Program-made: the position numbers and the translations under genes
Shown: positions 38,232-61,500 of the stretch, piece by piece
Layout of the letters: every line of letters begins with the position of its first letter
How positions within the stretch are numbered: position 1 is the stretch's first letter
Assembly: GCF_009914755.1 (NCBI RefSeq)
Contig: NC_060935.1
Origin: the human T2T-CHM13v2.0 reference genome, Homo sapiens
Length of the DNA: 64,000 bases
Direction: 5' to 3' (one strand)
The notes under the pieces: model-generated
Seen by the model: the letters and a program-made list of their open reading frames with translations, nothing else
What the model was told of the DNA's origin: nothing
Databases searched by the model: none

Positions 38232-39616
38232 TGATCCACCCACCTCGGCCTCCCAAAGTGCTGGGATTACAGGCGGGAGCCACCGCGCCCAGCCCAAAAA
38301 AATTTTTAAAAAGTTACCTGGGTGTGGTAGCACATGCGTGTATCCCACCTACTCAGAAGGCTGAGATGTGAGGATCACTTGAGCCTGGGAAGTTGAGGCT
38401 GCAGTGAGCTGTGATCATGCCACTGCATTCCAGCCTGGGCAACAGAGTGAGACCCCATCTCAAGATAAATAAGGTTTGTCAGTCCCTGTGGTGGTTCTTT
38501 CCGCAGATGTCTGTCTTTGGGTTGGCACTTATTTCCCCCTACTTGCAGTTATTCCTTACATTTCTCATTAGAAAATGGCAAAAAGGGCAAAAGTAAATTC
38601 ATTTCCTTTTTACACCAAATCATTAATTTTAGGCTTATAAAACTAAATGAACAGAAGATTTGGTAGGAGAGGAGGGGAGATGGACACTGATACTGGTGGC
38701 TAGGTGATCCTGAGGGACAACTGGTGCCTGGCAGAAAGAGAGGAGGGCTGTGTTCAGTGACTGGCTCCCAGCCACCTTTTTGGCCTTTTTCTTTTTAACA
38801 TGAGGAAGGCGGAGCAGACCAGGGGCTTCTCTGTAGAACCAGTCAAGCTGGTTTTGGGCAGCCTTGGCCTATTTTCTTGTGTGCTCTTTGGGAAGTTGGC
38901 AATACAAAGGTCTGCCTCCTTTGGGGCTGTGTTCGTTGAGGCGAAAGTTTGGAAGACAACTATCTGTCAACAACCCCCTTCTCCCCAAACACTGAATGGG
39001 TCTCTGAGCTGGTCCTTCACTCCAGGGAGGAGGCTTTCTCTCCACCCTATGCTGAACCTGAAGGCAGCTTTGCTTTATACACCTTTCACTGAAAGCTCTA
39101 AGACATTAACTCCTTTTTTGGACTCCCTTCCCAATTCACAACTTGGTGAAAGACCCTCAGCCTAGCCAGGAGGAAGGGACTGGGTCTGCCTTTGGCTCCT
39201 CATTTATGGGTCTGGGAGGGGATCAGGACTCCTTACTGCTATGATCTGGCTGCTAAATTCAGTGACATCCCAGGCCTTTTTTCGTCCACGCAATGGGACT
39301 GTCTGTCCAGGCCTGCTGGGAAAGAAAAGAGAGAAAAAATAGTTTTTGCTCTTTGGCAGCTTACAGGGACTTCAGCCATAGGAAACAACCTGTAGGAAAG
39401 GTGGGAGCTTCCGGTCACCATGTGTGCTGACACTTCCTGCAATAGCACTAGGGAGTCTTTCTCAGGGAGCAAGGCCAGCCAGGTAGGATTATTTTCCAGT
39501 CTCCCAGCTAAGCAGGAAATGCCAAAATATGAACGTTTAGTAATTAGTGAGTGTAACTACCTGCTGACAGAGCTCCAGCCTAGACCTTGTCCTTGGGGGC
39601 TGGTTGCCCCTGTTGA

Positions 39617-40136
<520 letters not shown>

Positions 40137-40721
40137 TGATCCACCCACCTCGGCCTCCCAAAGTGCTGGGATTACAGGCGTGAGCCACCGTGCCCGGCTG
40201 TAACACCTGGCTAATTTTTGTATTTTTAGTAGAGATGGGATTTCACCATGTTGGCCAGGATGGTCTCGATCTCCTGACCTCGTGATCCGCCCGCCTCGGC
40301 TTCCCAAAGTGCTGAGATTGCAGGCGTGAGCCACCGCGCCTGACCTTGTTGGTGTTTTTAAGAGACAGGGTCTCACCCTGTCACCCAGGCTAGTATGCAG
40401 TGGTGTGATCATAGCCCACTGCGGCCTCAAATAGCTCCTAGGCTCAAGTGATTCTCCCACCTTAGCTTCCAGAGTACTGGGACTACAGGTCACACCTGGC
40501 CCCCTCAACCTTCTGGACTTTTCACTCACCCCATCACTCCCTACTTCTCCGCCACAGAAGACTGTCATTGGCTATCTTTGCAAGTAGTATTGAAGCCACT
40601 CGGAGATTGTTGCTTTGTCTTTTTGCTCATGAAAGTTTGAATTACTGGTTCTCCAGTCACAGGAAGTGGGGCTCCTTAGGCCAGCTCCATCTCACGTAGT
40701 GTACTGATTATGTTGAGCTTA

Positions 40722-41320
<599 letters not shown>

Positions 41321-41506
41321 CCAGTTGAACAACACAGTGAATTTTATCTGAGCACCACACAACTCTAGGTCAGTATAAGGGGTGATGTTTGGGATTTCTC
41401 TGTAATCAGTTGAAAAAATCTTGTTCTGGCATCTTCAAGCCACTGGGGTCCTATAGGTGCTTTTTCTAACATTTCTGTTTTTTTGTTTGTTTGTTTGTTT
41501 TTTTGA

Positions 41507-41743
<237 letters not shown>

Positions 41744-43317
41744 TGATCTGCCCACCTCGGCCTCCCAAAGTGCTGGGATTACAGGCGTGAGCCACTGCAC
41801 CCGCCCTAGTTTGCTTTTTTACCAATCACCTATCTGAAAAAAAATGGAATGCTACTGGAGAGATTCATGTACTTCTGAGAACACTTTTAGCTCATTTTTT
41901 ATAAGGCATCAATATTAGATAGTTTTCTTGATTAAAGAAAAAAAAACACCACCCACTGCCTGCCTATATTTCTGGGTTGCAAATGATGGCGGTGGATGTG
42001 CAGCCTCATCCGTGGCTAGAAGGCCAAATCCAAAGTCACCAGAGCTTGAGTTTTTTGAGAGTTGAGATCTGTGTGTCAAAGGGGAAGCCCTAGGGTGGTT
42101 CTCTGCAGCACCAAGAGCAGGGATTCATACCATCATGTTCCTTTCTTTTTTCTTTTCTCGTCTTTTCTTTCTTCCTTTCTTTTTGTTCTCATGAGTTCTC
42201 ACTGTGTTGCCCAGGCTGGTCTTGAATATTTGGCCTCAAGTGATCCTCCCGCATTGGCCTCCCCAAGTGCTGGGATTACACACTCAGCCATGTTCCTTTC
42301 TTCAAGTACGGTATTGACCCTTTGGCCACAGGAGAACGTGCCCAGTTTTTCTTAAAGACCACGTGGGAACTCAGCAGCCCATGATTGTAGGTTCCTTTTT
42401 CCCTCATAGAGTGGCCTTCAAGGGCAGGTTCTTGTTATCTGCGTTTCAGAGACCCAAAGGGACACAGGCATTTCTGCTCCTGGGAATTTGCGGACTTTGA
42501 ATCTTGAGCTCAGATTTTGGTCTCTGTTGGTTGCTTGTTTATCTTCATCTCTTGTCATTTCTGGAGCCTGCATGCCTTCTCAGAGCAGCAGGTAAGTTGC
42601 TTAGTTTTTTCACATTGAAGCTGTGGCTGGGGGAAGGTAACAGTGTCCCCTCAGAACTCATGGAGATGCCAGGCATAGTGGAGGCTGAGGCAGGAGGGTC
42701 ACTTGAGGCTGGAGGATTGCTTGAGGCCAGCCTGGGCAACATGGTGAGAGCTCATCTCTAAAAAATTTTTTTAAAAATAACTCATCAGGGGCTATTTCTT
42801 TCATTGTATTTTCCTCTTCCTTTTGAACCCCTCTGCTGACTTGTTTCACTTTCTTTTTTTCTGTTTGGTTTCTTTGAACTCCCTTTCTTCATTATCATGT
42901 CCTCATTCCCGTCCATCTTAGGTTTTTCATTTCCTTGTTCCACTCTCCCTAACCTGTTTCTGTGCCCTGTTTATGGCATGGCTCAGGATATGAATTTTGA
43001 TCTCCGTCTGAGATCTCCTTCAGGTATAGAATCCCAGACCACCTGGTCCTTTTGTTCTCTCATTCCTCTGATTTCTGTACATTTAAGGATTCACTGCTTT
43101 AGAAAACTTTTTTTTTTTTTCTTGTTTCTGGAGCCACCTCTCTCAGTAAAGCCAGGCTTGGCAACTTATTAGGGACAGCATTCTGGTTTCCCTGGTGACA
43201 GGGTTTAAGCTGATTCTAGGCTGTTGCCTCTAACCCATCAGGAATGCCATAAGTATAGACCCTGTCTTGGGAGAGATCTGGAGAGATACTTGAGAATTTT
43301 GGACACTGTAATATTGA

Positions 43318-47406
<4,089 letters not shown>

Positions 47407-48101
47407 TAGCAGACAAAACATGGGGCCCTTGTCTTGATCGGTTGGTTGGTTACTTGCTTTGACTTCATAAGGAGCTCTTGTTTTGCTGGTTCCCAGCCCC
47501 AGTATAATCCCTGCCTGGGCCTCAAAGAGGCATTCAGTACTTTGGTTTGCAGTCCTTCTGGTTCCAGAAGCTAGTTCTCTGTGATGTGAGGGACTTTGAC
47601 CAAAGATAACTGATTTCCTCCTTCTGATACATACACCACTGGCCCTGTGGGTTTTTTTTTTTTGTTTTTTTTTTTTTTTTAAATATATGGCTTGTTTATT
47701 CTTTTTCTCCCCTTTTTTCTTTATTTCTTAAATTTTTTTCTCATTTTCCCTTTTAATTTCTTTATTGTTGGTTTATTTATTTTGAAACAGAGTCTTACTC
47801 TGTTGCCCAGGCTGGAGTGCAGTGGCGTGATCTCAGCTCATTGCAGCCTTGACCTCTCCAGGCTCAGTTGATCCTCCCACCTCCGCCTCCCAAGTAGCTG
47901 AGATTACAGGTGTGCGCTACCACACCCGGCTAATTTTTGTATATTTAGTAGAGACAGTGTTTCGCCATGTTGGCCAGGCTGGTCTCGAACTCCTGGCCTA
48001 AGTGATCCGCCAACCTCGGCCTCCCAAAGAGCTAGGATTACAGGTATGAGCCACTGCAACCTGTCTTGTTTTTTATTTTTCTCATTTTTTTCCATTTTTA
48101 A

Positions 48102-48338
<237 letters not shown>

Positions 48339-48507
48339 TAGAGATGGGGTTTCACCGTGTTAGCCAGGATGGTCTCGATCTCCTGACCTCATGATCCGCC
48401 CGCCTCGGCCTCCCAAAGTGCTGGGATTGCAGGCATGAGCCACCACGCCCGGCCTAAATTTTTCAGTTTTTATACTCATTTCCTTTTTGTTCGTTTTCTT
48501 TCTTTAA

Positions 48508-49135
<628 letters not shown>

Positions 49136-49175
49136 GTAGACAAAACTTGGTTTGGTTCTCCATGACTTTGGTTGA

Positions 49176-49640
<465 letters not shown>

Positions 49641-49659
49641 TGAGCCACTGTGCCTGGCC

Positions 49660-50100
49660 CTGTAATATAATTTTACATGAGTTAATAGTGTAACATTTTC
49701 TCAGTTGTAATTTTTTTTTTTGAGACAGTGTCTCACTCTATCACCCAGGCTGGAGTGCAATGGCACGATCTCCACTCCCTGCAACCTCCCAGGTTCAAGT
49801 GATTCTCCTGCCTCAGCCTCTTGAGTAGCTGGGATTACAGGCATGCGCCACCACACCCGGCTAATTTTTGTACTTTTAGTAGAGATAGGGTTTTCACCAT
49901 GTTGTTCAGGCTGGTCTCGAACTCCTGACCTCGTGATCCACCTGCCTCTGCCTCCTAAAGTGCTGGGATTACAGGCCTGAGCCACTGTGCCTGGCCAGTT
50001 TTAATTTTAATACAATAAATATCAGTAGCTATCACCCACATGAAGAAAGCCATTTGACGTCATCAGTAAGAGTAAAGGGATTCCAGACAGTGTGAGAACT
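49660..50100 (+). mobile_element. Third, more decayed Charlie1-type 3' end split by an Alu (~49711-49996)
   Basis: AT-rich tail ...gtaaagggattccagacagtgtgagaac; followed by the same flank as the first copy. Confidence 0.55.
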
Positions 50101-50886
50101 CTTTTGTAAACAGAGATAGGACTGATAATCCCTGTCCTCGATTGGTTGATTACTTGCTATGACCTCATAATGAGCCTCTGTTTTGCAATTTCTGGGGCCC
50201 TGGCTGGGCCTCAGGAAGGCACTTGCTGTCTTGGTTTTCAGTTGTTCTAGCTGAGGAAGCTGGTTCTCAGTGACCTGATGGACCTTGGCCAAAGTTGGCT
50301 CATTTCCTCCTTTGAATACATAGCATTACTTTATGTTTTTTTATTCCATTAAAAAGATCATTTGGCTTACTTGGATTTTATTATGAGGTTTGTGTTTTAT
50401 TATGAGGTAGGTTTGTGTTTTTTTGTTTTTTTTTTAACTTATATGTTGGCTATTGGTCAGTTCCAAATTTGAAAACTGCAACGCTTACACAGCTTCTATC
50501 CTTGAAGAACCTTGGTGCCTACAATAGCTGAGAGCTGGTAGGCTGCAGTCACTAAGGCCAGACACTCAATAGTCTATTCCCTGGGTGGCTTGAGACCTGA
50601 CATACTTTGTTTCTTTTTGTTTCTTTTCCTTTTGTACTTGACTCTTTTTAACCTGTTTATTTCTTTTTTTTTTTTTTCCCCGAGAAGGAGTCCTGCTCTG
50701 TCACGCAGGCTGGAGTGCAGTGGCACGATCTCGGCCCACGGCAACCCTCCGCCTCACAGGTTCAAGCAATTCTCCTGCCTCAGCCTCCTGAGTAGCTGGG
50801 ATTGCAGGTGCCCGCCAGTATACCCGGTTAATTTTTGTATTTTTAGTAGAGAAAGGGTTTCACCATGTTGGCCAGGCTGGTCTTGA

Positions 50887-51210
<324 letters not shown>

Positions 51211-51678
51211 TGATCCACCTGCCGTGGCCTCCTAAAGTACTGGGATGACAGTCATGAGCCACCACATCCGGCCTCTAACCCTTGTTTCTTAATGAAACAT
51301 ACCTGTAAACCCCACTGTTATGTAGGTATACTTTATTTTTCCTGTAAGAGGTAGGTTTATTTGGAGTGTTTGTAGCAGTGTGTGAACTTTGTATTTCCTT
51401 GACAAGTCCTTAAGTGACAGGGAAAATTGTAGTAGTATATAATCTGTAAACTACCCTGTAATTCTCAACTTTGTTCTTTTGCATATACTCATTCTCCAAT
51501 TTCCATAGCACCTCTAACTTTTAACAGCTTCCCTAAGTCCTACAAATAATAGACCTTGGGCCTCCTCTAATAGTCACTTTGACCAACTTTAAGCAAATCT
51601 TTTAAAACTCATGTCGGCTGGGTGCAGTGGCTCACTCCTGTAATCCCAGCACTTTGGGAGGCTGAGGCGGGTGGATCA

Positions 51679-52092
<414 letters not shown>

Positions 52093-53073
52093 TCAGGAGG
52101 CTGAGGCAGGAGAATCACTTGAACCCAGGAGGCGGTGGTTGCAGTGAGCATAGATCACGCCACTGCACTCCAGCCTCGGTGACCGAGTGAGACTCCATCT
52201 CAATGAAAAAAAAAAACAAAAACAAAAACTCATGTCATTTGCTCAGAATCACATCTCATTGGAATCATTTTTTTAAAACTGTTTAATCAAGTGCTCAACA
52301 TATCAATTCGTGTCTACATAGAGGATCATAGCTCCATTTCCCATCACTCAGCAAGTCCCATAATCTGCTTTTTCCACAAAGCGTATTTCTTTTCAGATTT
52401 ACATGTGGCATGCATTTCAGTTCCAGAATTGAACTTAATGTGCTATTTTCTCTCTTCGGCTACTGGTCTGTGTGGAAGATAAGGAACTTTAATTTCGGGT
52501 TGGGTGCAGTGGCTCACGCGGGTAATCCCAGCACTTAGGGAGGCTAAGGCGGGCGGATCACGAGGTCAGGAGTTCAAGACCAGCCTGGCCAAGATGGTGA
52601 AACCCCATCTCTACTAAAAATACAAAAAACGTAGCCAGGCGTGGTGGTGGGCGTCTGTAATCCCAGCTACTCTGGAGGCTGAGGCAGAGAATTGCTTGAC
52701 CCCGGGAGGTGGAGGTTGCAGTGAGCTGAGATCGCACCACTGCACTCCTGCCTGGGCGACAGAGCGAGACTCCGTCTCAGAAAAAAAAAACAAGAATTTT
52801 AATTTCAAATATTTGTTTACTGTATTAGTTAAGGCAACGGCTTAGTAATGGCACCTCCTGGATGGCCCTGTAAGCGCATTAATCTGGTCCAAGTCATTGG
52901 GAAACTCAGCCTTAAAGGGAATGGACTGAGTGGTTGAAGAGTAGGCAGGGTCTCCTCATTTTTGCATGGTTTGCCTCTGAGGCTGTGTATCTTTAGCTAC
53001 AGACAGAATAGCTAACATTTATTGAGCCCTTACTCTGTCGCAAGCACTTGTTTAGTTGTTTTACATTCATTAA

Positions 53074-53504
<431 letters not shown>

Positions 53505-55281
53505 TGATCCACCCATCTCAGCTTCCCAAAGTGCTGGGATTACAGGCATGAGCCACCATGCCTGGCTTCATTTATTCTTTGTAAGTTAGTAGATCTCACT
53601 GTTTTACAGGTGAGGAAATAGAGGCCCAGAAATGTTGAATAACTTGTTTAAGGCTACAAACCCAGGTGGTCCAGAGTATGTCATTGTCAGAACCAGCTTT
53701 TCTTGGTTGTGAAGAATCCTTTGTCCCTGGCTTCAGTTGTGTCCAGGCAGTAGAAGATAGTTTCCTTAGGATTAGCTCCCAGTCAGTGTGAGGCAGATGT
53801 CTTGCAGCGGAATTTAGAGTCACAAATGGCCTCCTCTGCCTCCAGTTGTTTCTTTTGTCCTTGGTGGCCATTGGTAAATGTGGCCGAAATGGTGTGGATG
53901 GAGTGGGAGCAGCTTTCTGGGCTCACCTCCCTACTATTGAGGGCTCTACGCAAGAGCTATGGGAGACCTTTTTAAGAAACCCTCTTTAACCCCAGCTTCT
54001 GATTCACATCTTTATCTTTTCCCATCTTCCGGAATTTCAAGAACCCCTTTAGAAAAACCAAAGCCCCGAGTCCTAAAATTGATAACCAGCAATTAAGTAC
54101 CTTAAAGTGTAGGGCATGATGGATTTCTAGGTTTGACTATCCTGCTTTGTGGCACCCATGAAATGTTGGGATTCTAGAACTCTTTCTTTGTAAGCACCCC
54201 ACTCCCCACCAAAAAAAACCCCACTAAACATAAGAAGCTTTTGTCTGTGGATCTTAACTGTGTATATTTTGTCTCTAGGAAGCAAACTCAGATTCTCTCT
54301 TACAACCGTCTGTGTGCCACTTGCACACACACAGGCACAGAGCTACTTGCTTGTAGCCTTGACTGCCAGCAGCCCTGAACACCGTAGCTGGTGGTGCCAG
54401 GCCTTGTGTGTGTTTAGGACTTGCCAGTTCAGTCCTGGGAGCTGAACTCTGGACATCCTGCTGTGTGTCTCTTTATCCCATCGCTGGTGTAATTTATGCC
54501 ACTACTTCCTGTTTGCATTTGCTCAGTCTCTCCTTTGGTTTGCTTCTCTCTGCTGAAGCCGGTCCCCATAGCTGTGCACATGGCTAGCTATGGGGACTAG
54601 GCATCTAGATATTCTAGACATCTGCAGTTGTTTCTTAGTGGGAATGGTTGCTTTATGTCTCTCTACAGAATTTTAGTTGAACTTGAGTGTATGATTTAAT
54701 TTACTTGCTTGTCTAACTTCGGCAAGGGTGCCTTTTATTTTAAGATGCCAGCATGGGGTGAGAGTAAAGGGGTGAACTATTGCCCTCCCCCACCCCCCCA
54801 CCCCCCACCCCCCCACTTTTTTTTTGAGACAGGGTTTCTCTCTGCCACCCAGGCTGGAGTGCAGTGGCGCAATCTCAGCTCACTGCAACCTCTGCCTCCT
54901 GGGTTCAAGTGATTCTTGTGTCTCAGCCTGCTGATTAACTGGGACTACAGGCGCCTGCCACCATACCTGGTTAATTTTGTATATTTAGTAGACACAGGGT
55001 TTCACCATGTGGGCCAGGCTGGTCTTGAACTCCTGACCTCAAGTGATCTGCCTGCCTTTGCCTCCCAAAGTGCTGGGATTACAGGTGTGAACCACTGTGC
55101 CCCCCCGCCCCACACCACCACCACTTTTTTTTTGAAACAGGATCTTGTTCTGTCACCCAAGCTGGAGTGTAGTGGCCCAAACATGGCTCACTGCAGCCTC
55201 AGCCTCCTGGACTCACACAGTCCTGCCTGAGCCCCCTGAGCACCTGGGGACTAATAGGCACGTCCCACTACACCCAGCTAA

Positions 55282-55809
<528 letters not shown>

Positions 55810-56302
55810 TAGTGGTGGTCTTGAACTCCCGACCTCAGGTGATCTGCCTGCCTCAGCCTCCCAGAGTGCTGGGATTACAGGCGTGAGCCACCGTGCCTGG
55901 CTTTATTTTTATTTTTTGTAGAGAATGGGGTCTTGCTTTGTTGGCTAGGCTGGTCTCAAACTCCTGGGCTCAAGTGACTGTCACCCGCCTTGGCCTCCCA
56001 AAGTGTTGAGATTACAGGCGTGAGCCACTGTGCCTGCTCTGTTGCCCTTGATTAAGGTATCACTTAGGGCTGGATGTAGTCGGTGGCTCACAGCTGTATT
56101 CTCAGCACTTTGGGAGGCCAAGGTGAGAGGATCACTTGAGCCCAGGATTTTGAGACCAGCCTGGGCAACAAAGCAAGACTCCATCTCTAATATTAAATAA
56201 ATAAATAAGATTTACTTATCCAAAAGCACAATTATGTGCCTTTTTTCTTTTCTTTTGAGACGAGAGTCTGACTCTGTTGCCCAGGCTGCTGTAGTACAGT
56301 GA

Positions 56303-56936
<634 letters not shown>

Positions 56937-57508
56937 TAATGAAAAGGCTGTCATAATGGGTTAGGTCCATAGGGGCTCTGCCCTTCTGTACTTGTATTCC
57001 CAGGGAGAAAAATCTCTACCTTAATTACCGACATCTCATGCTGGCAGAGAGGTGTGGTTGCTAATTGATTAGATGACAGTCCTTTTCATTGATGTGGCAC
57101 TGTTGGGGTGGTTTTGTTGTGCTTTTTCAAGTAAACAGATAGATTTGGGCCAGGTAAGTTGATTTTGGAGAGATGAAGTTCTGTGTAGGGATTTCCCTTT
57201 ATTAAGCTCATGTCTTTAGTGCCACTTTTGTGTCCTGATTTTCTAACTTGATAGTAAGAAGTACTAAGTTGGCTTGTCTTGCTATTTTGGTGTGGGTGGT
57301 GAATAATGTCTCTTCTACCCTGCTCTCTGGTGCGTTCCTGTTCTGTTTGGTAGCACCACATTCCTCTATTTCGTTTGGTTTTCATTCCCTCTTTCTCTCT
57401 TGTAATGGTTGGACCCTATTCTGAAATATATATTTTAAGATAGTGTTACTTTGGGTGGTCGAGGCGGGCAGATCACCTGAGGCCAGGAGTTCGACACCAG
57501 CCTGGTCA

Positions 57509-57721
<213 letters not shown>

Positions 57722-58301
57722 TTAAAAGCAAACACCCTGCCTTTCTTGAAACCACAGAAACTGCTTGTGAAACAGCCGATAGGGCAGGCTGCCAAATACA
57801 GACTGTTAAAACCAATCTCTTAATGACAAAATGTCAAACACTGATGTTAAACCTTCATTATGACTGTGGTGTGAGGATTTTTCTCAATAAGAAATGTTTA
57901 GGTGCTGAACTCCCAGTTTCACATTCAGAATGCTTCTATTATCAAATTCCTCTTGGTACATCATTTCCGAGAGGCTTGTGTAGCTAATCCACTATCTACT
58001 GTACAGGAAAGATTTTAAATAAACCTATTCCCATTCATCCTCATCTGTGTTTTTTTGTTTTTTGTTTTAATTTCAAGAAGTAATTTTCTTTTGAGGTGAT
58101 TTGGACCAACCGTCTCACTAGCTTTTCCCATTTAAGATAGGAGAACTAGATTCAGAATTGTGTCTTTTTCCTAACAGAAGACTGGGGCCTTAATCTTTAC
58201 CCCCCAGGCTCTGATTAACTGACTTTTCTTTTTTTAGATGGCATAGAATCTTCTGTCTGTCTAGAGAATTTTGTTTCTTGCCAGGCACTGTCAGGAATTA
58301 G

Positions 58302-58553
<252 letters not shown>

Positions 58554-61500
58554 TAGAGACAGGGTTTCCCCATGTTGCCTTTGCTGGTCTTGAACTCCTG
58601 GGCTCAAGTGATCCGCCTGCCTCAGCCTCCTGAAGTGCTGGGATACCAGGTGTGAGCTACCACAGTTGGCCAAGGTATAGTTTTATGAGCTGAGCTATAG
58701 AACTGGTTGAATGGGAATTAGGGAAAACAGACAACCAATAATTGGGAAGTAAAGGAAAAATATATAAGTGTGCCTCCTTGGTCACAGCTAGCCTTGTGAC
58801 ATTGGGGTTTTGGATATAGAACTTCAGGAATCCCTTCCACCTCCTTCCCAAGAGAATTTCTTCTGTTGGTGTTGTAAGGGGCTTTTTCCAACTTCATTTC
58901 CATTACCAAGAGTCTTGAGTGGCTTTATTTTCAACTTGGGTTTTTTAAGCGCTTCTCATGTCACCTTTGTTTGTGTACTGGGCCTGTCTCAAGTTTCCAG
59001 AGGGAGATGAAAGACAAGAAAAGCTAAATGACTGGTTCTTCAGTGAGTTTCCCAGAGTGGCTTCTTCTCATTCCAGCACTGCCTAACTCTCACCATGGCT
59101 GACGCCGTGGGCAGGCATCCGCATTCATGGAAAGCCAGGTCCTAGCTGGAAGTGACACAGGGATCTTCAGATCTCTCTTAGCCCACTGTTCCTCTGAAAA
59201 AAAAACAAAAGCCATAGACAGTAAATTGGGGGAATAGGCTGACCATAACTTCAGTTCGTGGATTTGGGTCCCACACTGGATTGTGTGATTTGTGCTTATC
59301 TCCTACTAGATTGTTACCTTCTTTGAAGGCTGGACTGTATCTTATCCTTCTCTGTATCACTTCGGACACCCAGAAACTGTTGGAGTACTTTGCACATGGT
59401 CACCTCTTAATGAATTATTTGTGAAACAAAAATTTTTTTAAATTGTAACATGAGGCTGGGTGTGGTTGCTTAGGCCTGTAATCCCCGCACTTTGGGAGGT
59501 AGAAGTGGGCAGATTGCTTGAGTCCAGGAGTTTGAGAACAGCCTGGGCAACATAGCGAAACCCTGTCTCTATAAAAAATAGAAAAGTTAGCTGGGTGTGG
59601 TGGTGCGGGCCTGTAGTCCCAGCTCCTTGGGAGGCAGAGGTGGGAGGATTGCTTGAGACCTTGTCTCAAAAAAATAAAAAAAAATTACTTAAAAAAATCG
59701 TAACATGGGTATTCTCCATTACAGTTACCCTTAGGGAAGTGTGTCCATATTGATTTGTAAGTCTGATATCAGTCTATCTGATTCTTTGGCTGTGTAAGTC
59801 ACAAGTCTTAACCAGTATCTTAAGTAGGTGTGGTAATGACTACAGAGAAGTGCTTTTTCAGGATGAGAAGATGAGGGAGAAAATTTACACCATTGCTGGA
59901 TTGTGTTAAGAACTCGGAGAGGAAACCACAGGGAGGATGCACTGCTGAGGAAATCGTCTGGCTTCCTGGAGTGGGGACCAGAGCCAGAGAGCCAAGCCCT
60001 CCTGGCTTTGCTGAGTTCTGTCCTTGCCCCTGACACCAACGTGTCTGCCTGCTTTGTTGCTCCTGGTTACAGTGGGCTCAGTCTTGCCTCTTTTTTGATG
60101 GGTGGGCAGAGGAACACTAGTGTTGGGAATATTGTCCAGCGTTGGAGAGATCATGTGGTCTGTCAGAAGGCTGGAGTTATTTATAGTGGGAGAAAAGCCC
60201 AGGAGCATGGCACGGGAAGAACTGATTTCACACCAGCTCAGCGCCTGATGATGGTGAGGACCCAGATTTTCCTTTGAGCATCTCAGAGCAGATCAGTCGC
60301 TTTTCCTGATTGACCCATGAACTGTGAGACTAGGGACCATGTTTTCCGAGGCCACTGTGAGTGAGGGAAGAGTGAGAAGGATGACCATTTTCTTCTTCCT
60401 TGATTCTGGTCTTTGTGATGTGTGGTATGAAAGTGTCATCTGACTTTTGAATCTCCTTTTATTGAACTGGTGAAGAAGGCACCAGCTGTGTGGGGTGGTG
60501 GAAATAAGGACCTGTTAAACTGGTCTGCCTGTATCTGCCTCCCTGCTCCCCCCTCACCCCACCCACCCCCACCCTGGGCAGGGAGGCTGAAACTGCTGCT
60601 TGCTAGGCTTTGCCAACTCAGTTTCTCTTCATGGATTACCTGCTCGCGGCAGGCAGGCAGGCAGCTCCCCACCTGGAAGCCTGCAGACTCGCCGAGCTGA
60701 GAGAATCATGCTGCAGGTGGGGGCAAGTGCTAGGAACTAGGTGTGCCACTTACCTTAACAGGAGCTGTGCCTAGTCCGGGCTGCTCAAACTAAGGCTGCA
60801 GAGCCCTGGGGCCTGTTGGAAATAGACTGTGCCTTTCCCTGCGCCTTGTGGCCACATTTTTATGGTATGTGGAGAGTCTGGGAGGGGCCGGGAGCTTGTA
60901 AATTGTGAGTAAATGAAGTCTAGGGAGGGAGATGATCCTTCTTGAGGGCACCCTGAGTTCAGGGTTGTCATGTTTCTGAGGTGTGCTACTGCTTAGTACC
61001 CTGATTTCTGGAGTTGTCTACCTAGGTTGCTTTTAATTTTTTCAGCCTTAGGTGGAAGAGATTTTCCATCTTGGTGTTTAGGCATGTTAGGTGAGGTTTA
61101 CTTCCGGAGCCAGACTTTTAGGCAGGTTGTCTTGACATAAGTCAAGGTCAGGAAGCGATCTTCAGGACATGCAGACGATGCCCACTTCCTGCTGTGGTCT
61201 TGAAGAGGGCTGGAAGGCTTGTGAGCACAGAGGCACTGAGGGCTGTCGCATCCATACAGGAAGACACTCAGGGCTCGTCTCCGGTGCCTCATTTTATAAG
61301 CATGGAAACAAAAGTCCCAGGAGGGTGAATGACTTGCCCAAGGTGACATAAATTGTTTGCGCAGAGCTGGGTCTAGAATGGATCTTATGCCCTTGGCAGC
61401 GTGCCCCCATTGCCATCACTTCAGAGGGGCTGGCTGCAGCCCTCAACGGCAGAAGGCAAGCTGGGAAAGGACAAGTGGAAGGGTAGCAGGCCCCAATTCT

